A stretch of 64,000 nt of DNA, taken from assembly GCA_016124515.1 (NCBI GenBank), contig WGNN01000081.1, positions 153 to 64,152 on the forward strand, written 5' to 3'. A program made the position numbers and the translations under genes. A model generated the notes under the pieces. The model saw nothing but the letters and a program-made list of their open reading frames with translations, was not told the DNA's origin and did no database searches. This stretch comes from a bacterium. GTDB lineage: Bacteria > Bacteroidota > Bacteroidia > CAILMK01 > JACPUW01. This document shows positions 35,911-44,862 of this stretch, piece by piece (position 1 is the first letter of the stretch; each line of letters begins with the position of its first letter).

Positions 35911-36789
35911 ATTGCGCAAACTACCGGCTGGCAAATCTGATGAGCGAATATGCAAATCGCGCTGTGGAAAAGGAATGGAGACATTATGTTCTCTGAAAAG
36001 CGCGTCAATTTTAAAGCGTAAATCGCTTTTTATATTTTCTACACCAAATGTTTCGCTGGTCCAAAAATAGAGTTCAAAATCCAGGGCGCTATCGCCAAAA
36101 TCGTTGAAGCGAACGAATGGTCCCGGGTTTTCCTCTACATTTTCGTGTTTGTCGGCAGCCTTGAGCAACAGGTTTTTTACCAACACAATATCACTTCCGT
36201 ATGCTACTCCCACCGTTACTTTAAAGCGCGTTGATTTGGTAATGTGGCTCCAATTAACCACATCGCCCGAAATAAATTTGGAATTGGGAACTATAACATA
36301 AATATTTTCACGGGTTTCAATTTTAGAAGTACGCAGGCCAATATGCATTACTTTTCCTACCAAATCCTGGTTTATTTCTACCACATCCTCTACCCTTATG
36401 GTCCCTTCGAACAAGAGCAAAATACCGCTCACAATGTCGTAGAATACTTGTTGCAAACCCAAGCCAATTGCCAATAAAAAAGCTGCAGAACTTGCCAAAA
36501 GCATCGACATTTTTACGCCAACGCTTTCTAAAAGTATAACAATTGCTATTGTATATACGAAATATTTAACGAGTTGGATAAGCGCTACCACACTGCCCTT
36601 GTCCATATCGCGGGCAATAACCTGCCTGTTGAGAACCAACTTGATAATGCGAATAAGAAGCCACGCAATACCAATAACTACGGCAAACCAGAAAATATTC
36701 CATACCCTTAGCGTGGCATCGTGCACGGTAAACAGCTCATAATCAAGTATATTACCTATAGTCATATTGCTTTCGTTTGGTAGCCGCAA
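35905..36789 (-). CDS. Mechanosensitive ion channel family protein (MscS-like)
   Basis: 294 aa. It has TM helices followed by the MscS beta-domain pattern SGILLLFEGTIRVEDVVEI...GKVMHIGLRTSKIETRENIYVIVPNSKF. Its 3' end overlaps the DUF72 gene by 6 nt (convergent). Confidence 0.85.
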   Translation of the reverse strand: MRLPNESNMTIGNILDYELFTVHDATLRVWNIFWFAVVIGIAWLLIRIIKLVLNRQVIARDMDKGSVVALIQLVKYFVYTIAIVILLESVGVKMSMLLASSAAFLLAIGLGLQQVFYDIVSGILLLFEGTIRVEDVVEINQDLVGKVMHIGLRTSKIETRENIYVIVPNSKFISGDVVNWSHITKSTRFKVTVGVAYGSDIVLVKNLLLKAADKHENVEENPGPFVRFNDFGDSALDFELYFWTSETFGVENIKSDLRFKIDALFREHNVSIPFPQRDLHIRSSDLPAGSLRNL

Positions 36790-36841
36790 TTTATTGAATT
36801 TGTTGGCAATAGGCTCTATGATTTCGGATTAGTGCACTTCC

Positions 36842-38059
36842 CTATTGGTTCGCCGTTTTGGATTTGCTGATAATTGCAATGGCATCATCAAGGCTTTTGC
36901 AAACCACCACAGGTATGGTATAAGCCGATTGTATTTGTTCAGAAATATTAGTTTCATTGTTTACTCCCCTATCGGTTGCATCGCCCGTAACAATAATAAG
37001 CATATCTATTCCCGTTTCATGAAACCTCGCCCTGAATTTTCGACGCACCTGATTGAGCTCTATTTCATTGTTATTAGAATCGCTGATATCAGCAATCCAA
37101 AAATTGGTCTTATACCTTTTGATAAAGTCAAGAATAAAACCAAATACTTCATTGAATTCACTGGGTTTCAAATCGCGTTTCCATTTCGCTTTAATGGCAC
37201 TAAGCTCAGGATAATAGGTAAACCTAACCACATCACTATCAAGCAATACCCTACGTTCGGCGCGCTCAATTTTCGGAATGTCGAAGTGCACCGAAAAGCC
37301 CTTTCCCGGCTCAGAAAACGCCCCAATGCTACCGCCAAGCATTTCTACCTGAAGTTTGGCAAGGTACAGCCCCAACCCTTTATTATGACTGTTTTTGGAG
37401 TATTTATAATAGGGTTCAAATATTTTGTTGGAAATTTTGCCCAAATCCATCCCCGGACCATTGTCGGTAACCACGAATTTTATCAGATCATTTTCAATGC
37501 TTGCTGCAAAAGTTATCTGTGGTTTATCGCTTAGACAGCCATGAATTAAGGCATTGTCTATCAAATGATAAAAAATATTTCTAATGGTTTCTTTTGACGA
37601 TAAAAAGGAAGAAACCCCATCCAAATCCCATTGGATGTTCAGTGCCTTTGTATCAATTTCCTTACTGAAATACCCCAATAAATTTTCAATTATTTCTTTG
37701 GGTTCTATTACCTGAATTATATCGCGAACGCCACGTTGCAAACCTACTATTTGGTTCAGGTCATGTATTACTTCGTCAACAATTTGTGTGCGGCTTTTAA
37801 TGATCTCAAAATAGTGTTCATTTTCAGGTGTAAGCGACTTGCTGTCAAGCAATTCAAAGATACCCAATATGGAACTTATGGGGCCGCGAAGCACATGAGA
37901 AACCACATAGGCAAAATCGCCGAAATCGTGTTGCATTTTCACAAGATCGCCATTGGCGCGCTCAATGAGCTGACGCTGTTCTTCAACCAACTTACGCAAT
38001 GATTCCAACTCGCCGGATTCGGCAATTTGCTTGTTAGGCCTTTTGTGTTGGTCGTGCAT
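36842..38059 (-). CDS. Soluble histidine kinase (coiled coil + HisKA + HATPase_c) with an extra ~130-aa C-terminal domain of STAS/SpoIIAA-like appearance
   Basis: 405 aa with no TM segment. The H-box is VSHVLRGPISS, the G1 box is DNGPGMD and the G2 box is GLGLYLAK. Residues ~270-400 (36845-37252) lie beyond the ATPase domain. Confidence 0.75.
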   Translation of the reverse strand: MHDQHKRPNKQIAESGELESLRKLVEEQRQLIERANGDLVKMQHDFGDFAYVVSHVLRGPISSILGIFELLDSKSLTPENEHYFEIIKSRTQIVDEVIHDLNQIVGLQRGVRDIIQVIEPKEIIENLLGYFSKEIDTKALNIQWDLDGVSSFLSSKETIRNIFYHLIDNALIHGCLSDKPQITFAASIENDLIKFVVTDNGPGMDLGKISNKIFEPYYKYSKNSHNKGLGLYLAKLQVEMLGGSIGAFSEPGKGFSVHFDIPKIERAERRVLLDSDVVRFTYYPELSAIKAKWKRDLKPSEFNEVFGFILDFIKRYKTNFWIADISDSNNNEIELNQVRRKFRARFHETGIDMLIIVTGDATDRGVNNETNISEQIQSAYTIPVVVCKSLDDAIAIISKSKTANQ

Positions 38060-38206
38060 AGATGGTAGCGCTTCTTGGGTAGTAAAGATGCAAACTTATA
38101 TGTTAGGTTGTATGGATTTCGCCCATATTTATCCAATAAGTTTTTGTTGGATGTAGCGCAATCAACCCAAAATGCGTTTTGGCAAAACCAAATTCGACAA
38201 GGAACT

Positions 38207-39019
38207 TTAATGGGCTGTATTCATAATATCATGAACTTGTTTATAAATAGAGTCATCTATAATCTCTTGAATTTTTCGAGTGCGGATATTGATGGCTGCT
38301 ATTCTCTGTGGTTCCAAAGTGCTGTCGTATTTCCTATCTGAATTTTCATCAATGCCCAACTCTATTGACAACAAAACCGTTTTTTTCAACAAATTGAAAT
38401 CAACAACAGTTTGGTTGTCAAACATATAGCATTCCAACTGTCCGTCGTTTAAATAATAAATATAGATACATTCAAAATCGTCACTGTTCAAATAACCGTC
38501 ATGGTTTGAGTCGTTATTAACCACCTTGAAAACCAACAGTTTTAATGTATCAATGGCAAAATAGCGCCATTTACTTATCTTGACTTTATTGGAGAATAAA
38601 AGCTTTGATGTGTTTTTTTCATAATCGTACAACACAAAGTTATTGCAAATACCTGTATTTGAACCCCTTGAATACGATGAACCACTCGTACGCTTTGAAA
38701 ACCCTCCAAAACCACTTGCCTCATTGGCAACAAGTTGGTGCACGGGAATCAAGTACTTGGCAACAGCGCTGTCAAATTGGAGAGCAGGCAAGTAGGTAAC
38801 TTTAGCCTCAGCTGCTGAATCTGAGCTTGGTAGTTGCAATTGTTGGACGGCAACTCCTTCGTTTTTATGCGTTCTGCGTCCAAAAATGTCAAATAAAAAT
38901 CCCACAACTACCCCTAATATTGAAACCACTACGGCCACAAGAATGCCGGTACCCAGAATTGCTAATAATTTTTGATTAAATCGAGTCAATTTATCCATAT
39001 TCATCGCTATTTCACTCAC
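38207..39019 (-). CDS. Hypothetical single-pass membrane protein with an EF-hand-type Ca-binding loop
   Basis: 270 aa. The N-terminal TM is LLAILGTGILVAVVVSILGVVVGFLF. The loop DSNHDGYLNSDD (38477-38512) fits D-x-N-x-D-G-x-L-x-x-x-[DE]. No family was recognised. Confidence 0.55.
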   Translation of the reverse strand: MSEIAMNMDKLTRFNQKLLAILGTGILVAVVVSILGVVVGFLFDIFGRRTHKNEGVAVQQLQLPSSDSAAEAKVTYLPALQFDSAVAKYLIPVHQLVANEASGFGGFSKRTSGSSYSRGSNTGICNNFVLYDYEKNTSKLLFSNKVKISKWRYFAIDTLKLLVFKVVNNDSNHDGYLNSDDFECIYIYYLNDGQLECYMFDNQTVVDFNLLKKTVLLSIELGIDENSDRKYDSTLEPQRIAAINIRTRKIQEIIDDSIYKQVHDIMNTAH

Positions 39020-39108
39020 AATAATAGGTACAAAGTTTTTCTGGAGTATAATTTTAATTTCGGTGAATACGGATTTTTGAAATGAGCTGAATAGAAAGGT
39101 TTCAGTAC

Positions 39109-40545
39109 CTAACGCAAAACGAAAATTACGCCCCGCAGATGGTAGGTGTGCTTGAATGTGGTATAGTTTGCAACATAAAAATAACTACCATTTACAACAG
39201 GTTTGCCATTGTAGCTACCGTCCCATGAAAATGAAATATCAGTTGATTTAAAAACACATTCTCCCCATCTGTTGTAAATGCTTATATCAATTTCATCATA
39301 CTCATCTATTCTGCGTATGTGAAAAGCATCGTTCAATCCATCGCCATTTGGGCTGATTATATTGGGTATATACAATTCTTGTAGCCATTTGTCGTAAAAA
39401 CATACGCTGGAACCACAAATAAAAGGAAACGGAGTGTAATGAACCTTATCGTGAAAATAATTACTTGCAAAATTCGTAATACCAAGACAGCAAAGCCCCG
39501 TATCCAACAGGTTTTCAAAACCAATATTTTCAATGGGGCCTTCCGTATTGGTGAGTTTGGCCACATGATAGTAGCCAATTGAATAAATATTATAATCAGG
39601 CCCAATCTGAAGTCTTTCCTTCATATCATTAAGTGGCAGGGCACGTGCGGTTGACGATACCTTATCCAATCCCGCCTTCAAATCATAGACATAAATATTT
39701 TGGGCTGACTGCCCCACATCTTTCACCACAAACAACTTATCAGACAATGCACTGAAACACAAACCGTAAGCAGTCATTCTACTAATAACCACAGAACTTA
39801 AAAACCGTCCCTTTATGGGATCAAAACAAAACAATTCAACCAAACCATCCAATTCAGTAGTCTTGGCAACAAACCTCCCATCAGGCGAAAAACGCATTTC
39901 TCCAATATATCCTCTTACCGGCTCTCCTACACAGAAATACTCAGGTTCAGAAAATCCTGACTCATCCAATCTCACTACAAATTGCAAGGCACTTCTTTTT
40001 ATACTTCCAACTATCCAATAGGCGTCTGTATCAGGAATGCGACATGCAGTAAGTTTTTCAGATAATTCGTCCATAAAAATGGCCTTATTCTTTTTTGAAA
40101 TAAATCCTGCGGGAAATTTGGCGGAATAGTCGATGAACGAATAATACAACCCGCCAACATTATTGGTTATTAAATAGTACCCCTTTTTGCTATTGATTTT
40201 CAAGAATATAGATGATTGGGTGCAGGTAAGGTCTGAATTCAAGTCGTCAGCCAAGAGCGTTTGGTTGGAATCATACAACTCAATGCCATTGGTGTAAAAT
40301 AATAAACGACCCGATTCGTCGGATATGGTAGCGGTACCTTCCACCGAATTGTGTTTAATACCATTAAGTGTAAATGAACCATCCTCTTTAAATGCCAACC
40401 AAGTTCTTTCACCAAAAACCCAATTTGCCGTTTGCATAATGTTTTGGCTGCTCACCCCTTCACAGCTAAACAACATGAGATATGCTATTATTAAATATTT
40501 ACCAACAACTTTTATCAATCTTACCTCTGAAATGTGATAAATCAT
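39109..40545 (-). CDS. T9SS type-B sorting domain protein (gliding-motility-associated C-terminal domain, CHU_C type)
   Basis: 478 aa with an N-terminal signal. The C-terminus YIPNIISPNGDGLNDAFHIRRIDEYDEIDISIYNRWGECVFKS...SWDGSYNGKPVVNGSYFYV is the characteristic type-B CTD motif. Confidence 0.85.
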   Translation of the reverse strand: MIYHISEVRLIKVVGKYLIIAYLMLFSCEGVSSQNIMQTANWVFGERTWLAFKEDGSFTLNGIKHNSVEGTATISDESGRLLFYTNGIELYDSNQTLLADDLNSDLTCTQSSIFLKINSKKGYYLITNNVGGLYYSFIDYSAKFPAGFISKKNKAIFMDELSEKLTACRIPDTDAYWIVGSIKRSALQFVVRLDESGFSEPEYFCVGEPVRGYIGEMRFSPDGRFVAKTTELDGLVELFCFDPIKGRFLSSVVISRMTAYGLCFSALSDKLFVVKDVGQSAQNIYVYDLKAGLDKVSSTARALPLNDMKERLQIGPDYNIYSIGYYHVAKLTNTEGPIENIGFENLLDTGLCCLGITNFASNYFHDKVHYTPFPFICGSSVCFYDKWLQELYIPNIISPNGDGLNDAFHIRRIDEYDEIDISIYNRWGECVFKSTDISFSWDGSYNGKPVVNGSYFYVANYTTFKHTYHLRGVIFVLR

Positions 40546-40601
40546 CCATTAAATCAAATAATCAACCTTTCCACTCAAGCCCACAAGCGACATCCATCCT
40601 T

Positions 40602-41276
40602 TCAGTGGTTAAGGGTTTTAGTAAGAATGATTTGAAAATTATTTGGTGTAGGTATGCCTAAATAGCGATTTATATTACGTAGGTGTTTATTATAATATTG
40701 ATTTATCCCCACATCAAAGCCAAGGGTATAATTCTCAGACAATTTATACCCAATTGTTGCTGAAGCCCCAACATTCAAAGCAGAAAAAGAACGTTTTTCC
40801 ACTAATTCCGATGGGATGAAATGCTCATTATCAAATCTCTCACGCACCATATAATGGGGTCCAATAATATATCCACCCATAAAATACATGGTAAGCGACC
40901 ATTTTTTCGACTCAATCAATTTATAATTAGCACCAAAATTAAGTCCAATTAAATGACTTGAGTACAGGACCTGCTCCGGCAATGAACCCCAATATGAAGT
41001 AGTTCCATACCCAGAAGGATATAGAAATGGCCTTGCATAATTCAATTTTTCAAAAGTCATTGTGATTGCCAAATCCATTTTACGTATAAATGTGGAAAAA
41101 TCTGCGCCAACGGTTATTTTGGGTTGAAAAAATTGTTGTTCGAATGCGTAGTTGCCCGAAGGAAATGTCAAGGATTTGTTGACTCCAAATCCAAGTCGCA
41201 ATCTGTCAACATCAAATTGAGCCAATACGATAAAGCCTTGAAATAACAGTATAAACAATATACTTACCTTTTTCAT
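40602..41276 (-). CDS. Small outer-membrane beta-barrel protein (porin-like), family not recognised
   Basis: 224 aa. It has the signal peptide MKKVSILFILLFQGFIVLAQ and alternating hydrophobic/aromatic strands, with terminal strands ending in aromatic/hydrophobic residues. It lies 56 bp upstream of the type-B cargo gene. Confidence 0.55.
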   Translation of the reverse strand: MKKVSILFILLFQGFIVLAQFDVDRLRLGFGVNKSLTFPSGNYAFEQQFFQPKITVGADFSTFIRKMDLAITMTFEKLNYARPFLYPSGYGTTSYWGSLPEQVLYSSHLIGLNFGANYKLIESKKWSLTMYFMGGYIIGPHYMVRERFDNEHFIPSELVEKRSFSALNVGASATIGYKLSENYTLGFDVGINQYYNKHLRNINRYLGIPTPNNFQIILTKTLNH

Positions 41277-41595
41277 AAATTAAATTTTTAGTGCTTTTTG
41301 AAAATATCTTCTTTCAGCATCGCAATATTCTACAAAAAACATCCCAATGGGATAAATGTATTAATACCCAAGCTAAACCCCAAATTTTTAGTTGAAAAAT
41401 TTTTATGTGAAAGCTGATGTTTACTAAATCACAACCAATATATCGCCTTTTTGATATGCCAGATGGAATTTCCGGTCAATTCTTGATTCAATAGTGGCGT
41501 TTAGGCTTTTCAATTCAACGCAGTAAACTTGGTACAAAATCACTACTATTAAGTGCAGAGTTTAAAAGGTGCCTTAAAAAAAGGGGCAATGTGCT

Positions 41596-42927
41596 CTAGC
41601 CCTTATAAGTAAGCCATTTAAACATTTGTTTCCAGCTGGGCTTGGCGCCGTAGCTCAATAAACCCACGCGGTATATTTTGCCGGATACATAAACGGAACC
41701 AATAAATGTGGCGATGAGCAAGACTACCGAAAGCAGTTTTTGCCACCAAACCACTTCAAACGGTATGCGGGCCATCATTACAATGGGCGAGGTAAGTGGA
41801 AAAATGGAGAAAAATACCGCCAATGGATTATTGGGATTTTCTATTACAGAAGGCATTACTATAATACCCAAAATAAGCGGCAGCGATATAGGAAGCATAA
41901 ATTGCTGCAAATCCTGCTGTCCATCTACAGCAGCAGCCACTGCGGCAAACAATGAGCTGTAGAGTAAATAACCACCCAAAAAGAAAATAATGAAATAGAA
42001 AATGGTTTCAAACACATTGAAATCGGCACCGGCCTGCATGAGCGCCGAGATGGAATCCTGCGCCATTGGATTACTTGCCATGCCCGCCTGCATCTGCGGA
42101 TTGTTTTGAGTCATTTCCTGCAACATTCCTTGCGTGGAATCGGCGAAAATGGCGCCCACCACCATAGAACCCGCGGTAGCCAATATGATCCAAAAGGCAA
42201 ATTGTGTGAAACCGAGCAATGCGTTTCCTATAATTTTACCCATCATGAGCTCAAAAGGTTTTACCGACGAAATGATAACTTCTGATATGCGGCTTGTTTT
42301 TTCTTCTTGCACGCCACGCAGTACCATACTGCCGTAAATGAATATAAAAAAGTATAATAAAAATGCCGAACCAAAAGCCAATCCGGCGGCTATTTTCACG
42401 TTGCCCTGCTTGGCTCCTTCTTCGCTAATGGGCTTTGTTTCTACTTCTACATCAATACTTTGTATGCTTTGTGCCACCGCTTTGTCTATACCTTCGTTGA
42501 GCATGGCTACATCGCGCAACTTGTTGTTTACTATGTTTTTAACCTTATCTACCACCGACATTCCGGGGTTTTCTTTGTAATAAATTTCCACCCCTTTTTT
42601 AGTCTCCGCAATATTGGCAGGAATATACACGGTGGTTGACTCCCAGCCTTCTTCCATGTAGGCGCGTTCTATTTCCTCGGGATCAAGGTTTTGAATTTGG
42701 GTTATGAATTTGCTTTCCTTCTTAAAATCATCGGCAAACAAGCCCGACTTGTCAACCAATACCAAATCTACATCGCCTTTGTTGGCAAGTTTGGCTATAA
42801 AAACCGAACCAAAAATGAGCAACAAGTATAATATGGGGCCCAAAATAGTGAGTAAAATAAAAGTACGTGACTTTATTTTGGTCATGTACTCTCTTCCTAT
42901 TATTAAATTTATCTTGTTCATTTTCAA
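41596..42927 (-). CDS. ABC-2 type transporter permease (NatB-like)
   Basis: 443 aa. An N-terminal TM is followed by a large external loop and a cluster of 5 C-terminal TMs. It overlaps the upstream ATPase gene by 4 nt. Confidence 0.8.
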   Translation of the reverse strand: MKMNKINLIIGREYMTKIKSRTFILLTILGPILYLLLIFGSVFIAKLANKGDVDLVLVDKSGLFADDFKKESKFITQIQNLDPEEIERAYMEEGWESTTVYIPANIAETKKGVEIYYKENPGMSVVDKVKNIVNNKLRDVAMLNEGIDKAVAQSIQSIDVEVETKPISEEGAKQGNVKIAAGLAFGSAFLLYFFIFIYGSMVLRGVQEEKTSRISEVIISSVKPFELMMGKIIGNALLGFTQFAFWIILATAGSMVVGAIFADSTQGMLQEMTQNNPQMQAGMASNPMAQDSISALMQAGADFNVFETIFYFIIFFLGGYLLYSSLFAAVAAAVDGQQDLQQFMLPISLPLILGIIVMPSVIENPNNPLAVFFSIFPLTSPIVMMARIPFEVVWWQKLLSVVLLIATFIGSVYVSGKIYRVGLLSYGAKPSWKQMFKWLTYKG

Positions 42928-43829
42928 TTCTTAGCTATGTTTACAAATATTTCTTCAATACCGGGCAGTATTTCGCCAAATCCTATTACTTGTCGTTGAC
43001 TCATGAAATGTGTAAGCACTTCATTGGTATGTTCGTCGTTGGCCATTTTTATATGTACCACCTGCGCTTCGTGTTCTTCGTCGTAGCCTTCGTGCAAAAT
43101 TTGCAAAGCCTCGGCGGGGTAAGTATCCAATTTTTCGCCGCGGTATTTCACTTCAAATTCATTGCGTTTAAACTGCCTTTTCACGTCGGCTATTTTGCCA
43201 TCAAGCACTTTTTCCGATTTATGTATCATGGCCACATAATCGCAAAGCTCTTCAACCGATTCCATGCGGTGGGTGGAAAGCATGATGGTGGCCCCGTCTT
43301 CCTTCAGTCGCAGCAACTCATTTTTCACAATTTCGGCGTTCACAGGGTCAAAACCACTAAAAGGCTCATCGAGAATAATCAGACTGGGTTTGTGCAATAC
43401 GGTGGCAATAAACTGCACTTTTTGCTGCATTCCTTTTGAGAGTGTTTCCACTTTTTTGTTCCACCAATCGGTTATGTGCAGTCGGTCGAACCACCATTTT
43501 ATTTCGCGCACTGCATCGGCTTTGCTCATTCCTTTCAGCCGGGCCAGGTAAAGCACCTGCTCACCCACTTTCATTTTTTTGTACAACCCACGCTCTTCGG
43601 GCAGGTAACCTATTTGATTTACCAAATCTTCGGTTATGGGTTTGTTGTTAAAAAACACCTTGCCGGTATCGGCAGGCTGAATTTGATTTATGATTCTAAT
43701 GAGCGAAGTTTTGCCTGCGCCGTTGGGGCCCAGCAGACCAAATGTGCTGCCGTCGGGCACTTCAAAAGATATGTCTCTAATGGCCACTTTGGTACCATAA
43801 GATTTGCTTACGCCTTCAATTCTCAACAT
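42924..43829 (-). CDS. ABC transporter ATP-binding protein (NatA-like, with C-terminal DUF4162-type domain)
   Basis: 301 aa. Walker A is GLLGPNGAGKTS, the signature is LSKGMQQKV and Walker B is LIILDEPFSGFD. Confidence 0.9.
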   Translation of the reverse strand: MLRIEGVSKSYGTKVAIRDISFEVPDGSTFGLLGPNGAGKTSLIRIINQIQPADTGKVFFNNKPITEDLVNQIGYLPEERGLYKKMKVGEQVLYLARLKGMSKADAVREIKWWFDRLHITDWWNKKVETLSKGMQQKVQFIATVLHKPSLIILDEPFSGFDPVNAEIVKNELLRLKEDGATIMLSTHRMESVEELCDYVAMIHKSEKVLDGKIADVKRQFKRNEFEVKYRGEKLDTYPAEALQILHEGYDEEHEAQVVHIKMANDEHTNEVLTHFMSQRQVIGFGEILPGIEEIFVNIAKN

Positions 43830-43913
43830 GTCACAAATCTATTGAACCACTGTGAACCAAAGTTAAAAATTGGTTGAATAGCCTTTTAGCAGGTTGAGTG
43901 GAAACAACAGAAC

Positions 43914-44759
43914 TTAAGTGGCTTTATCGTCCTTGCCTGCCGAGGGTTTAATAATATAATTTACCTGATAAAATCCGCCTTGGGTACTATTAGTTTCACT
44001 GCTATCGTGCTGTTTTCCATCGAGTTCTTCTTCGCGTATTATCCTGAAATCTATAGTATCGCCCTCGGTTTTCCATTGGTCGCCAATCAAGTCGGGGTAG
44101 TCGGTGGGCAGCTCAGAAGGTTGGTCAAAATGCTCAATTCCGGCCTTGGCGTTTCTAAAATAAATAGAAAGAAAAAGCCCCACCAAGGCGCCAAACAAAT
44201 GCGACTCCCACGAGATGCGCGGATCGAAAGGCAACACGCCCCAAACCATAGAGCCATAAAAAAGGGTTAGCAGCAGCGAAACCACGGCCAAGCGACGGTT
44301 TTTTCGCAAAACGCCACCAAAAAAAAGAAAAAAAGCCAGTGCATAAATAACCCCGCTGATTCCGATATGCGACACACCACCGCGGGCAAACAGCCAAACC
44401 AAGGCGCTTGTGGCAAAGTAGAGCAACAGCCATACTTTGATGGCAATGCGCCTGTAGAAATAGAAAAGTGCGGTGCCAAACAAAAAAAGCGAGACCGAAT
44501 TGTTGACCAAATGCTCGAGGTTGCCATGTATCAAGGGACCGGTAACAATACCCACCAAACCCCGTGGGGTGCGGGGCACGATGCCCAAAAACACAAAATT
44601 GTGGTGACCAAAGACTTCAACAAACTTGAGTAGGGCCATAACTAAAACGGTGAAAAGGGGAATTACAAGCGCTTGTTGCAACGCTTTGCCCGATATTCTT
44701 TGGCTATTCGCATTTTCGTTTCGCATGTTGAAGGCCAATATTACTAAAAACCCCACCAA
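43914..44759 (-). CDS. Rhomboid family intramembrane serine protease
   Basis: 281 aa and polytopic. It has the GxSG motif (HIGISGVIYAL) and a downstream His (WESHLFGALVG). Confidence 0.8.
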   Translation of the reverse strand: MVGFLVILAFNMRNENANSQRISGKALQQALVIPLFTVLVMALLKFVEVFGHHNFVFLGIVPRTPRGLVGIVTGPLIHGNLEHLVNNSVSLFLFGTALFYFYRRIAIKVWLLLYFATSALVWLFARGGVSHIGISGVIYALAFFLFFGGVLRKNRRLAVVSLLLTLFYGSMVWGVLPFDPRISWESHLFGALVGLFLSIYFRNAKAGIEHFDQPSELPTDYPDLIGDQWKTEGDTIDFRIIREEELDGKQHDSSETNSTQGGFYQVNYIIKPSAGKDDKAT

Positions 44760-44862
44760 TATTCCACCGGCTACTTTATTGGCAGGTTTTAAGTCAAATA
44801 GTCAATAAACTGTCAACCTAATTGGCAAATACAGCATATTTTGGCCGCATGAAGTGTGCCGC

